From IMG/VR virus record IMGVR_UViG_3300007735_000917, positions 1 through 64,000 of that record: 64,000 nt of DNA; one strand, 5' to 3'. Positions 1-10,538 of the stretch are shown here, piece after piece. Position numbers and translations under genes: made by a program. The stretch comes from a virus (taxonomy: Duplodnaviria; Caudoviricetes). The notes below the pieces were generated by a model. That model was not told the DNA's origin, ran no database searches, and worked only from the letters and a program-made list of their open reading frames with translations. How positions within the stretch are numbered: position 1 is the first letter of the stretch; each line of letters begins with the position of its first letter.

Positions 1-761
1 CCGCTACTACCATCAGTATCACTTTTTCCGCTTTGACCGCTACTTCCACTAGTACCACTATTGCCTGATGTACCACTACTACCATTTGTACCACTTGATC
101 CAGTTGCACCGCTTGTACCACTACTGCCTACTCCGCCACCTGGCACATAACTGGCACTTAATGCTCTAAGTGCTTTAAGTGCATAACTACTAGTTAATTG
201 TATTGGCAAACCAGGCACTTCAATTTGTTTGGATGCGGTATTTACCACAACAATTGGTAATGCATTTGCAAACACAATTGAAGCGGATGTAGATAATTTA
301 ACATCACCGATGTATAAGCTACCGGTGCTTACAAATATATCTTTCCATCTAACAGCGGATGTGCCTAAACTATAGGTATTATTTTTAGCTGGTATTAAAG
401 ATTGGCTTATGGTGGTTAAATAACTTGCAGTAATCGATTTTCTTGACCAACTGCTTGTAATTGGATATAAACTACCAGTTGCTAATGAAGCACCCCCACC
501 ACTTGTTCCACTACTTCCACTATTTCCGCTTGTACCATTAGTACCGCTGTTACCACTGGTGCCACTGGTTCCACTATTACCGCTAGTACCACTTGTGCCT
601 GTTGCACCACTTGTACCACTGGTTCCACTACCTCCACCGCCACCATTCATAGCATAACTTGCGGTTAATGCTCTTCTTGAATAACTGCTGGTACCATAAA
701 ATGAACCAGTAAAGCTACCACTTGAAATTAATGCTGGTAATACCTTTGTTAACGTCAACAT
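1..761 (-). CDS. Tail-fibre-like structural protein, 3' end runs off the window (not in ORF track)
   Basis: ATG at 761 reads MLTLTKVLPALISSGSFTGSFYGTSSYSRRALTASYAMNGGGG, then SGTSG repeats like the neighbouring fibre genes; late-type motif upstream. Confidence 0.8.
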   Translation of the reverse strand, partial: MLTLTKVLPALISSGSFTGSFYGTSSYSRRALTASYAMNGGGGGSGTSGTSGATGTSGTSGNSGTSGTSGNSGTNGTSGNSGSSGTSGGGASLATGSLYPITSSWSRKSITASYLTTISQSLIPAKNNTYSLGTSAVRWKDIFVSTGSLYIGDVKLSTSASIVFANALPIVVVNTASKQIEVPGLPIQLTSSYALKALRALSASYVPGGGVGSSGTSGATGSSGTNGSSGTSGNSGTSGSSGQSGKSDTDGSS

Positions 762-806
762 ATCATATAAATATCATAATTATACACATTCATCAAATTA
801 AGATAT

Positions 807-1511
807 TTATCTTCCAAATCTACCTTTTACAGCATTATAGTTTTGCAATATTTCAGTAGCTGTTAATACTCTATTATATAGTCTTACAATTGCTATATTA
901 CCATTGAAATAACTAGGTGCCCAAGTAGCTGCTCCTATTTCTAGAGGAGTTGATGTATTAGGCAAAGTTGATGGTAAAGTATTAACTCTAGTAGCATATG
1001 TAGTTTCTACACCATTAACAAATGTTCTTAATTGAGTACTCGGTGTAGCTATACCAAGTACTTGATTCCATATTCCCAATGTCACAACTCCTGTAGCCGT
1101 TTCAAGATATACATCAGTACCTGGATAACTCCAGTCAAAATATAACTTTCCCGTATTGTATACAATAAATCTTGGATTATCAGGAGTCGCTCCTGAATCA
1201 CTGGTACCTCTATTTAAAAATGGGCCTGTTGTTGCAACGGTGGGTTTAATCCACACTTCATATGTAGCACCTGTAGGAGTATTTAAAATAGCATTATAAG
1301 CAACACTTACATAATCATTTGTGCCATCAAAACTTATACTGCCTTGATTACCCGCGCTAAATGTAGGACCATTAGTTAATGTACCTATGTTGTTATTTCC
1401 ACTTAAATCGGTCCAAACAGTACCACTACCAGGATAACTCACTTTATTAGCCGCATCCAAACACAATACTAATCCGCTTGATACAATTTTTGGTCCTCTA
1501 GATATACCCAT
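807..1511 (-). CDS. LamG/concanavalin A-like lectin-domain virion protein (paralogue 1)
   Basis: GLVLCLDAAN..SYPGSGT.WTDLSGN, FDGTNDY, YFNGNIAIVRLYNRVLTATEILQNY. Confidence 0.85.
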   Translation of the reverse strand: MGISRGPKIVSSGLVLCLDAANKVSYPGSGTVWTDLSGNNNIGTLTNGPTFSAGNQGSISFDGTNDYVSVAYNAILNTPTGATYEVWIKPTVATTGPFLNRGTSDSGATPDNPRFIVYNTGKLYFDWSYPGTDVYLETATGVVTLGIWNQVLGIATPSTQLRTFVNGVETTYATRVNTLPSTLPNTSTPLEIGAATWAPSYFNGNIAIVRLYNRVLTATEILQNYNAVKGRFGR

Positions 1512-1522
1512 ATACAGTATAA

Positions 1523-2239
1523 TTATCTTCCAAATCTACTTTTAGTTGCGTTATAATTTTGCAACACTTCAGCTGCTGTGAGTGATCTGTTATAAATTTG
1601 TACATTTGAAATATTACCACTGTAATAAAGGCCTGTGGATCGTCTGCCTATTTGTACAGTTGATGATGTATTTCCGCCATAAACCGATATTTGAGATGAT
1701 GCGCCATTAGAAAGAGACCCATCTATGTACATAGACGCAATATTATTAGCAGTCACTGTCGTACTTGTAGTAAAAACAGACACTACATTATGCCATATTC
1801 CATTTGTACAAGAAACAGTGGCGTATCTATAAAATGCATCTGAACCAACCCCGTTAAGTTTTGTATTAAAATAAGGTGTGCCAGTAGAATCAATAAGCAT
1901 CCCCCAACCTCCTGTAGAATCCATATTTTTAGCTATTAAAAATGCTTGTGATGGAAATGAGGTAGAAGTTTTAAACCATATACTAACTGTTCCAGAAGTG
2001 TTTGTAAAATTAAGACCGGTTGAATTCGCAGTATCAATATAATCGTTTGTACCATCAAATGATATACTACCCAAATTACCAGCACTAAATGTAGGTCCAT
2101 TGGTTAATGTGCCATTATAACTATTTCCACTCAAATCAGTCCACGCAGTACCACTGCCAGGATAGCTAAGTTTATTAGCCGCATCCAAACACAATACTAA
2201 TCCATTTTCAACAATATCTGGTCCACTTTTTCCTGCCAT
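1523..2239 (-). CDS. LamG/concanavalin A-like virion protein (paralogue 2)
   Basis: Same N- and C-terminal motifs, plus WHNVV and YSGNISNVQIYNRSL. Confidence 0.85.
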   Translation of the reverse strand: MAGKSGPDIVENGLVLCLDAANKLSYPGSGTAWTDLSGNSYNGTLTNGPTFSAGNLGSISFDGTNDYIDTANSTGLNFTNTSGTVSIWFKTSTSFPSQAFLIAKNMDSTGGWGMLIDSTGTPYFNTKLNGVGSDAFYRYATVSCTNGIWHNVVSVFTTSTTVTANNIASMYIDGSLSNGASSQISVYGGNTSSTVQIGRRSTGLYYSGNISNVQIYNRSLTAAEVLQNYNATKSRFGR

Positions 2240-2250
2240 ATAATTTATAA

Positions 2251-2931
2251 TTATCTACCAAATCTAGTTTTAGTTGCGTTATAATTTTGCAACACTTCAG
2301 CTGCACTTAGTGATCTGTTGTAAACATTAAATAAAGCGCAATTCATCGGTGTATAGTATGCAGCTCCTCTAATAGTACCAATTGCACCAAGTCCACTATT
2401 GAAATTTCTATTTCCAGCATTTTCAGAAGATGCTATTTGTGATAATGTTTGAGAAACACCATTAATGTAAATTTTATTATTTGTATAACTTACATCACTA
2501 CGCATTTCAAAAACATAGTGTTTCCAATTATTTAACAACTGCAAACTTGTTACAGTTGCACTACCAATACCATAAATATCATTAGCATTAAATGTATTGT
2601 ATCCGAAATTACCTGCATTATAAAAAACATCATAACTCGACCAGCCAAACATCATTCCAAATGATATCGCATTTGATATTTTTGCCCAAATTTCAATAAC
2701 AGCAACACCACTTAAATTTGGTGCATAAAAATTTGCGTAATCATCTACTCCATCAAAAACGATACTTCCTTGATTACCAGCGTTAAATGTAGGTCCATTA
2801 GTAAGTGTAACATTATTACTATTACCACTTAAATCAGTCCAAGTTGTACCACTACCACGATAGCTAAGTTTATTAGCCGCATCCAAACACAATACTAATC
2901 CACTTGATACAATTCTGGGTCCGTAATACAT
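2251..2931 (-). CDS. LamG/concanavalin A-like virion protein (paralogue 3)
   Basis: Same termini, divergent core. Confidence 0.85.
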   Translation of the reverse strand: MYYGPRIVSSGLVLCLDAANKLSYRGSGTTWTDLSGNSNNVTLTNGPTFNAGNQGSIVFDGVDDYANFYAPNLSGVAVIEIWAKISNAISFGMMFGWSSYDVFYNAGNFGYNTFNANDIYGIGSATVTSLQLLNNWKHYVFEMRSDVSYTNNKIYINGVSQTLSQIASSENAGNRNFNSGLGAIGTIRGAAYYTPMNCALFNVYNRSLSAAEVLQNYNATKTRFGR

Positions 2932-2942
2932 AAATTATCGCA

Positions 2943-3320
2943 TCAAGATTCTAATTTGGTATATTTTTCTTTTACTGCAACACATGCATCAAGATAAACT
3001 TGTAATGCTTCATTATCATTTTTCACAATAGCATCCAAATAATTTGCCATTGGTGGATATGCGTTTTTACGTAAATCTGATATGGTTCTTACAACTACTT
3101 CTTCATTTATTGTTAATCCCCATTGTTGACAATATGTAAAATCAAATCCATCATAACCAACAAATGGTTCAAGTGCTGTATAATTTGTTTTGGATAATAC
3201 CAAGAAACTGGAACAATCTGGTTTTTGCGCAATGATTACAACATCATTTACTTGTTTTCTTTCCATTGGATTTCCAAACAAAGATTCAAAGTTTGTAGCC
3301 GGTAATATATAAAGTTTCAT
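2943..3320 (-). CDS. Hypothetical protein, possible tail assembly chaperone
   Basis: C-terminal LRKNAYPPMANYLDAI...AVKEKY resembles phage fibre-associated chaperone motifs; tightly packed in operon. Confidence 0.6.
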   Translation of the reverse strand: MKLYILPATNFESLFGNPMERKQVNDVVIIAQKPDCSSFLVLSKTNYTALEPFVGYDGFDFTYCQQWGLTINEEVVVRTISDLRKNAYPPMANYLDAIVKNDNEALQVYLDACVAVKEKYTKLES

Positions 3321-3321
3321 A

Positions 3322-3930
3322 TTATTGTATTAGTTTTGGTTCATTTATGTTGTTTAACTTTAACGCATCAACAATATCTTTTTGTTCCAATAAAAGTGTT
3401 TCTTTTGGTACTAACCCCACAAGTTTCAATGATTCAAGTGTTTGTGGATTGCTCATTGCATTTAGCAATTTGGCTGGGGATGGTCTACCATTTGCAATAA
3501 TTTCAGCTTGTATTTCCCGTCCAATTGTTACTGTAAATTCATTATTAGCATTGGCTTCAAACATTTGATCATCTGTATAACCAGGTATTCTGGTGGGTTC
3601 AACTATTGTATATAATTCAGCAATTAGATTTTCTAAAATCTTTATTTCTTGACGGTTTAATTCAAATGCATGTTTTTGATCATCAAGATGTGATTCAAGT
3701 TCTAATATTTCTGCTTCTAAATTTAGAATTACGTGGGGTAATGCTGGTAATTCTTTTAGATGTTTTAGTTCTGCTAATTTGGCTTTATATTTTAAATCTG
3801 CAACTTGTTCCAAAACAGCTGCTCTTTTTCTACCCACAAGAAAACCTTTTAATGTTTTTAACTTTTCCCACGGGGTACTACCTATAACTTGATAACGATA
3901 ATTAAATTCTGAATTTAGATTTGATGCCAT
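3322..3930 (-). CDS. Coiled-coil hypothetical protein
   Basis: Likely start is the ATG at 3930 (MASNLNSEFNY); the longer track ORF overlaps the upstream gene. Confidence 0.7.
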   Translation of the reverse strand: MASNLNSEFNYRYQVIGSTPWEKLKTLKGFLVGRKRAAVLEQVADLKYKAKLAELKHLKELPALPHVILNLEAEILELESHLDDQKHAFELNRQEIKILENLIAELYTIVEPTRIPGYTDDQMFEANANNEFTVTIGREIQAEIIANGRPSPAKLLNAMSNPQTLESLKLVGLVPKETLLLEQKDIVDALKLNNINEPKLIQ

Positions 3931-3952
3931 ATGCTTGTTTAATATATATTGT

Positions 3953-6046
3953 TTATGTTGTAGAATAACCTGCAGCTGCCGTACCATGTCTAGCAGTACC
4001 CACACCTGTTGTGTCAGTTGCAACTACACCTGTATTACTTACTAAATTTGTCATAGATACAGCTACACTAGTTAAACCATATCCAAATATTGCTTTATCC
4101 GTTCCATATCCAGCAGCTGCTAAATATGCCCTAGTGGTACCAATACCTGTTACATCGTTCGCAACTATACCTGTGTTGCTCACCAAATTTGTCATAGATA
4201 CTCCAGCACTAGTATAACCATAACCAAATATAGCTTTATCAGTACCATATCCTGCAGCTGCCAATCCGTTTCTTGTAGTACCAATTCCTGTAGTATCATT
4301 TGCAACTACACCAATATTAGATACTAAATTAACTATAGATACATTTGAACTGCCATTGTTACCATATCCAAATATAGCTTTATCCGTACCGTATCCAGCT
4401 GCTGCTAAATCATATCGTGCAGTGCCTACGCCTGTTGTATCTGTAGCAACCACGCCAGTGTTGCTTACCAAATTTGTCATAGATACTCCAGCACTAGTAT
4501 AACCATAACCAAATATAGCTTTATCATTTCCATATCTAGCTGCAGCTAAAGCTCGTCTAACAGTACCCACACCTGTTGTGTCAGTAGCAACTACACCAAT
4601 ATTAGATACTAAATTAACTATAGATACATTTGAACTGCCATTGTTACCATATCCAAATATAGCTTTATCCGTTCCATATCCAGCAGCTGTTAAAGCATTT
4701 CTTGCAGTCCCAATGCCAGTTGTGTCAGTAGCAACTACACCTGTATTGCTTACCAAATTTGTTACAGATGTAACTGTACCAGTGGTACCATATCCAAATA
4801 TAGCTTTGGTTGTGTTATTTGAAGTGGGTATTAAATAACTTGCTGACAAAGAATTTCTAGCATAACTGCTGGTTACACTCACATTGGTATAATCCAATAC
4901 ATTTACATATACTCTGCTTACACTGCCACTCAATGATCCACTGCCAATTAACGGTTGATTTGGATAAGTTAATCTAGTCAATTTAAGCGAACTGTTACTT
5001 AACTTCTCAACACCGTAATCCACATATTTGTCATCAACACCACCAACCAAACCAACATACCTTGTAAGCACTTGATTTCTTGAATTTGGAAATTCAGAAG
5101 TTTGTGGAGTGAAATTAGATGTATATCTAGCTACACCTTTGGTTATACGAAGTTCATCCAAATAACCTTGATACAAATATGATGTATTATAATATCCACC
5201 AATAGCTAGATAGGTTCCAGAACAATTGCCTGTGGTTGTTGCTGAACCAACAGATGTTCCATTTACATATAATGTAGATGTTCCTGAATTTCTTACTAAA
5301 GCAATGTGATACCAAGTGTTTGTTGTTATTACAGCTGTGCTTGAACCTAAATTAGTACCAGCAACAATAGCACTTAATCCGCCATTCAAACTTCCACCAG
5401 AACTGTTACCACCTTGGTATAACAATATACCGCTAGTATAAGTTGTTTTTAAACCGCCTACTGTATCTGATGTTTGTAAAAATCCTCTTTGAGTTGCGGA
5501 TGATACATCTGAAGAATAAATCCAACATTCTATAGTAAAATTCCCCGTGCCAAATGCAAAATCACTTACACTGGGACTACTTAAATAATCTCCAGTACCA
5601 TCTAAATAAGCACTTGCTCCACCAAATTTACTTTGCACAGTACTTATTTGTGAATTACCATTAACTGTAAATGTTGTTTTATTTTTGCTATTATCAGTAA
5701 ATGCAGTGCTACCATTTGTACCATTAAAATGACACAACAAGCTACAGCTATTATAATATTGATCCAATGTCGCAGCATCCCATTCTTCCACCACGCTTAC
5801 ATCCCACTTGTTGCTGCTCAAATTTAAGCTGGTTATGGTATTTGTGCTGCCTGAGGTTACATTAGTCCAAACTGTTTGTTTAGCAATACTGCCTGTTTGA
5901 ACTGATCCTCCGCCGCCGCCTCCACTTGAATTCAAAGCATAACTCGCGGTCAATGTTCTTCTTGAATAACTACTAGTGCCACTTAATGATCCTGTTATAG
6001 ATCCATTTGGCTTAATCATTGATTGTCGTAATCTTGTAAATGGCAT
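3953..6046 (-). CDS. Tail fibre/receptor-binding protein: LamG domain plus six KAIFGYG repeats (probable beta-propeller)
   Basis: SLLCHFNG..GNFTIECW..WYHIAL..GYLDELRITKGVARY LamG; six ~47-aa repeats at the C-terminus. Confidence 0.85.
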   Translation of the reverse strand: MPFTRLRQSMIKPNGSITGSLSGTSSYSRRTLTASYALNSSGGGGGGSVQTGSIAKQTVWTNVTSGSTNTITSLNLSSNKWDVSVVEEWDAATLDQYYNSCSLLCHFNGTNGSTAFTDNSKNKTTFTVNGNSQISTVQSKFGGASAYLDGTGDYLSSPSVSDFAFGTGNFTIECWIYSSDVSSATQRGFLQTSDTVGGLKTTYTSGILLYQGGNSSGGSLNGGLSAIVAGTNLGSSTAVITTNTWYHIALVRNSGTSTLYVNGTSVGSATTTGNCSGTYLAIGGYYNTSYLYQGYLDELRITKGVARYTSNFTPQTSEFPNSRNQVLTRYVGLVGGVDDKYVDYGVEKLSNSSLKLTRLTYPNQPLIGSGSLSGSVSRVYVNVLDYTNVSVTSSYARNSLSASYLIPTSNNTTKAIFGYGTTGTVTSVTNLVSNTGVVATDTTGIGTARNALTAAGYGTDKAIFGYGNNGSSNVSIVNLVSNIGVVATDTTGVGTVRRALAAARYGNDKAIFGYGYTSAGVSMTNLVSNTGVVATDTTGVGTARYDLAAAGYGTDKAIFGYGNNGSSNVSIVNLVSNIGVVANDTTGIGTTRNGLAAAGYGTDKAIFGYGYTSAGVSMTNLVSNTGIVANDVTGIGTTRAYLAAAGYGTDKAIFGYGLTSVAVSMTNLVSNTGVVATDTTGVGTARHGTAAAGYSTT

Positions 6047-6059
6047 ATTATTTTATACG

Positions 6060-9000
6060 TTATGTTGTTGAATATCCGGCAGCAGCTAAAATTCTTCTAG
6101 CAGTGCCTACACCCGTTGTATCAGTCGCAACTACACCTGTATTATTTACCAAATTTGTCATAGATACAACAGCATTGCTACTATTATAACCATATCCAAA
6201 TATAGCTTTATCACCACCATATCCCGCTGCGGCTAACATCCATCTAGCGGTACCAACACCTGTTACATCATTTGCAACTACCCCAGTATTACTTACCAAA
6301 TTTGTCATAGATACAACTCCTGTGGTATAACCATAACCAAATATAGCTTTATCACTGCCATATCCCGCAGCTGCTAGTGATTCTCTAGCAGTACCAATAC
6401 CAGTTGTATCATTTGCAACTACTCCAACGTTTGATACCAAATTAACTATAGATACATTTGTACCAGTAGTACCATATCCGAATATAGCTTTATCACCACC
6501 ATATCTAGCAGCAGCGGGACTATATCTAGCGGTACCAACGCCTGTCGTATCTGTCGCAACTACGCCTGTATTACTTACTAAATTTGTAATAGATACTTGT
6601 GTACTTGTATAACCATAACCAAATATAGCTTTATCATTTCCATAGGTAGAAGCTGCTAATGATCTTCTATCAGTACCTACACCTGTTGTATCGGTCGCAA
6701 CTATGCCAGTATTACTTACTAAATTTGTAATAGATACATTTACAGAAGTAAAACCATAACCAAATATAGCTTTATCATTTCCATATCCAGCAGCTGCCAA
6801 ATTGCTTCTAGCACTACCTACACCCGTTGTATCATTTGCAACTACGCCAGTATTACTTACTAAATTTGTAATAGATACTGCTGCACTAGTATAACCATAT
6901 CCAAATATAGCTTTGGTTGTATTATTTGAAGCAGGTAGTAAATAACTCGCTGTCAATGCTCTTCTTGAAAAACTGCTGCTAGTAGAAGAACCACCGCCAA
7001 AGTATCTGATATCAACATTTGAACCTGAAAGCGCATTTTCTGTCAAAGTCAAAGTGGATCCTGAAACTGTATAACTACCTACTCTGGATTGAACCAAACC
7101 ATCCAATATTACCAATATTTGATCATTGTTGGCTGCACTTTGTGTTAATTTTAATTGACTCACAGACGCAGTTAACACAAATGTTTGAGCCAATGATAAC
7201 GCTGGGGTAGAACTGGTACCACTAGTTCCACCACTACCAGGAGATCCAACTCCACTAGTACCGCTTGATCCTGATGTGCCACTAGCACCAGAACTACCTG
7301 ATGTACCACTAGTTCCACTAGTTCCACTCGTACCACTTGATCCGCTAGTGCCACTAGTACCAGAACTACCTGATGTTCCACTTGCACCTGAACTGCCTGA
7401 TGTACCATTTGCACCACTTGTACCACTTGATCCAGCAGCTCCTCCAAGTACATAACTGGCTGATAATGATCTTCTTGCATAACTAGCCGTACCAAAGAAG
7501 CCAACTGCGTTTGTTCTGCTACTAGTAAATTGACTTCCACTTATATTTCCTTGAACGTGTAGTTTAGCACGTGGTGTAGCCACACCAATACCAACTCTAC
7601 TACCACTAACAACCAAATCATTTGCAGCATATTTACCCGCCACAATTCTATTGTTGCTAAATACCTCAAATATAGGCAATCCTGTAATATCATTTACATT
7701 GAATAAGCTACCACTCAAATTATCAGTGACTTCAAACAATGTGCCACTACCACCATCCACCTTCAACACACTAGCATTACTACCACTACGATATACTTGT
7801 AAACTAGATACCAAACTGCTTGTTACACCTATACCAATAAAAGCACTTCCACTCTCATACAACATAGTTGAACTATTAACAGCAGAAGCATTTGTATACT
7901 TAACAAATCTATTGGTAACACCCGCCGCAATCGCAGATGTTTTACTAGCAGTAATTGGATATGTACTACCAGTTCGCAATGTACTTCCACCCCCACCACC
8001 ACTTGCATTCAATGCATAACTTGCAGTCAATGCTCTTCTTGCATAACTCGCAGTACCAGAGAATCCAATCGCATTTCTTCTGCTACTAGTAAATTGACTA
8101 CCACTTATGTTACCCACAACGTGCAACTTTGCTTGGGGTGTAGCTGTACCAATACCAACTCTGCTACCACTGACCACCAAATCATTTGCAGCATATTTAC
8201 CCGCAACAATTCTGTTGTTACTAAACACTTCAAATATAGGTAAACCAGTAATATCATTGACGTTAAACAAACTGCCACTTAAATTATCAGTAACTTCAAA
8301 CAATGTGCCACTTCCACCATCCACTTTAAGCACACTAACATTACTTCCGCTGCGGTAAACCTGTAAACTAGATACCAAACTGCTTGTTACACCTATACCA
8401 ATAAAAGCACTTCCACTTTCATATACTATAGCCGAACTTCCCACTGTAGTTGCGCCTGTATATTTGGCCAATCTATTTACAACACCAGACGATACTGTAC
8501 CACTTCCTCCTCCACCACCAGCACTAGCCAATGCATAACTTGCTGTAATAGCTCTACTTGCAGTTATAGGATATCTACTAGCCGTATTTAATCTTGTTCC
8601 CCCAGCTAAAGCAAAACTTGCTGTAATTGCTCTTCGGGAAAAACTACTTGTAATTGGATATGTACTACCTGTTCTTAATGTGGTACCACCTCCACCAGCA
8701 TTTAGTGCATAACTTGCAGTCAATGCTCTTCTTGAAAAACTACTGGTACCAAAGAACCCAACTGCATTTCGTCTACTACTAGTAAATTGACTACCGCTTA
8801 TATTACCTTGTATATGTAATTTGGTACTTGGAGTAGCAATGCCAATGCCAACACTACTAGCACTTACAACCAAAGCATTTGTACCATAAGCACCAGCAAC
8901 CATTCTGTTGTTGCTAAATACTTCTAGTATTGGAAAACCTGCTATAGTATTTACACTAAATAAACTACCGCTTAGATTATCAGTAACTTCAAATAGTGTG

Positions 9001-10325
9001 CCACTACCACCATCTACTTTGAGCACACTTGAATTACTACCACTACGATACACTTGTAGTCTTGATACCAAACTGGTAGAAATAGGTCCAACACCAACAA
9101 AAGCAGATCCACTTTCAAAAATAGGAGTAAATGATTGACCAACAGTAGTTGTACCTGTGTATTTAGGTATTCTATTAACAATACCACTTGATATAGTACC
9201 ACTGCCTCCGCCGCCACCAGCACTAGCTAAAGCATAACTCGCGGTAATTGCTCTACTGGCAGTTATAGGATATCTACTGCCAGTTCTCATAATACCCACA
9301 CTACTTGCATTCAAAGCAAAACTTGCAGTCAAAGCTCTTCTTGCATAACTTGCAGTACCAGAAAATCCAACTGCGTTTCTTCTGCTGGATGTAAATTGGC
9401 TACCACTAACATTACCTTGTATGTGTAGTTTGGTACTTGGAGTGGCAATACCGATACCAACGCTACTGGCACTTACTACTAAAGCATTTGATCCGTAAGC
9501 GCCAGCAACCATCCTATTGTTGCTAAATACTTCTAGTATTGGAAAGCCTGCTATAGTATTTACGCTAAATAAACTGCCACTCAAATTGTCAGTAACTTCA
9601 AATAATGTGCCACTACCACCGTCCACTTTGAGTACACTTGAGTTACTTCCGCTGCGGTAAACTTGCAATCTTGATACTAAACTTGATGATACACCCACTC
9701 CTAAAAATGCAGATCCACTTTCGTGTACAGTTGATGTATTGCCAATTGTAGAAGCACTGGTAAATTTAACCAATCTATTTGTTGTACCAGACACAGATAC
9801 ACTTGTTCCGCTACTTCCACTCGTTCCACTGTTACCGCTACTACCTGATGTGCCTGAAGCTCCACTACTACCACTAGTGCCTGGAGAACCTACACCACTT
9901 GTACCACTACTACCAGCAGTAGCACTTGTTCCACTAGATCCAGATGTACCACTACTACCACTACTACCACTAGTGCCACTAGTGCCAGGCGAACCTACAC
10001 CACTTGTACCGCTACTACCAGCAGTAGCACTTGTTCCACTACTACCTGATGTGCCAGATTCACCTGATGAACCCGATGTGCCAGGCGAACCTACTCCACT
10101 TGTACCACTGCTTCCAGCAGTTGCGGATGTTCCGCTACTTCCCGATGATCCACTTGTACCACTAGTACCACTAGATCCGTTATTACCACTAGTGCCTGAT
10201 GTACCACCTCCACCTCCACTAGCATTTAAAGCATAACTTGCGGTTAATGCGTAACTACTTGTTATTTTTAACGAGGAAGTTAAGTATAAAGTTAACTGAC
10301 TTACAGATGGTTTTGTTTCTGGCAT
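6060..10325 (-). CDS. Long tail fibre protein: SGT repeats, four ~170-aa modules, Ig-like module, six KAIFGYG repeats
   Basis: 1421 aa; VGIG.ATP..KLH fibre motifs; C-terminal repeats shared with 3953-6046. Confidence 0.85.
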   Translation of the reverse strand: MPETKPSVSQLTLYLTSSLKITSSYALTASYALNASGGGGGTSGTSGNNGSSGTSGTSGSSGSSGTSATAGSSGTSGVGSPGTSGSSGESGTSGSSGTSATAGSSGTSGVGSPGTSGTSGSSGSSGTSGSSGTSATAGSSGTSGVGSPGTSGSSGASGTSGSSGNSGTSGSSGTSVSVSGTTNRLVKFTSASTIGNTSTVHESGSAFLGVGVSSSLVSRLQVYRSGSNSSVLKVDGGSGTLFEVTDNLSGSLFSVNTIAGFPILEVFSNNRMVAGAYGSNALVVSASSVGIGIATPSTKLHIQGNVSGSQFTSSRRNAVGFSGTASYARRALTASFALNASSVGIMRTGSRYPITASRAITASYALASAGGGGGSGTISSGIVNRIPKYTGTTTVGQSFTPIFESGSAFVGVGPISTSLVSRLQVYRSGSNSSVLKVDGGSGTLFEVTDNLSGSLFSVNTIAGFPILEVFSNNRMVAGAYGTNALVVSASSVGIGIATPSTKLHIQGNISGSQFTSSRRNAVGFFGTSSFSRRALTASYALNAGGGGTTLRTGSTYPITSSFSRRAITASFALAGGTRLNTASRYPITASRAITASYALASAGGGGGSGTVSSGVVNRLAKYTGATTVGSSAIVYESGSAFIGIGVTSSLVSSLQVYRSGSNVSVLKVDGGSGTLFEVTDNLSGSLFNVNDITGLPIFEVFSNNRIVAGKYAANDLVVSGSRVGIGTATPQAKLHVVGNISGSQFTSSRRNAIGFSGTASYARRALTASYALNASGGGGGSTLRTGSTYPITASKTSAIAAGVTNRFVKYTNASAVNSSTMLYESGSAFIGIGVTSSLVSSLQVYRSGSNASVLKVDGGSGTLFEVTDNLSGSLFNVNDITGLPIFEVFSNNRIVAGKYAANDLVVSGSRVGIGVATPRAKLHVQGNISGSQFTSSRTNAVGFFGTASYARRSLSASYVLGGAAGSSGTSGANGTSGSSGASGTSGSSGTSGTSGSSGTSGTSGTSGTSGSSGASGTSGSSGTSGVGSPGSGGTSGTSSTPALSLAQTFVLTASVSQLKLTQSAANNDQILVILDGLVQSRVGSYTVSGSTLTLTENALSGSNVDIRYFGGGSSTSSSFSRRALTASYLLPASNNTTKAIFGYGYTSAAVSITNLVSNTGVVANDTTGVGSARSNLAAAGYGNDKAIFGYGFTSVNVSITNLVSNTGIVATDTTGVGTDRRSLAASTYGNDKAIFGYGYTSTQVSITNLVSNTGVVATDTTGVGTARYSPAAARYGGDKAIFGYGTTGTNVSIVNLVSNVGVVANDTTGIGTARESLAAAGYGSDKAIFGYGYTTGVVSMTNLVSNTGVVANDVTGVGTARWMLAAAGYGGDKAIFGYGYNSSNAVVSMTNLVNNTGVVATDTTGVGTARRILAAAGYSTT

Positions 10326-10331
10326 TTACAG

Positions 10332-10535
10332 TTAGTTGTTTAATTCTTTTATTTCTGGAAACATATCTAATAAGCTACCGGATATAAAATCTTTAATTTC
10401 ATCTTTACTTTTGAATAATTCACCAGACATTGGATTGTATGGTTGTTCTATTATTGCTGTTAATTCGTTTTGATTTTCAGATAATATTTTAAAACCAGTG
10501 GATATATCGTTTATTTTGAAATAAAATGTGTTCAT
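10332..10535 (-). CDS. Small hypothetical protein
   Basis: 67 aa, fills the gap in the operon. Confidence 0.6.
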   Translation of the reverse strand: MNTFYFKINDISTGFKILSENQNELTAIIEQPYNPMSGELFKSKDEIKDFISGSLLDMFPEIKELNN

Positions 10536-10538
10536 ATG

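Noticed and set aside
3931-4023. Extended N-termini of track ORFs (3322, 23754, 42255, 44429, 46170, 48738)
   Set aside because: They overlap upstream genes or promoter motifs; downstream starts fit better.
9739-10236. Pro/Leu/Val-rich antisense or alternative-frame ORFs (also 7172, 25132, 26337, 26342, 26751)
   Set aside because: By-products of Gly-Ser-Thr codon repeats.
3953-10325. Possible diversity-generating retroelement TR/VR pair
   Set aside because: All repeats are coding, the differences look largely synonymous and not adenine-specific, and there is no reverse transcriptase in the window.
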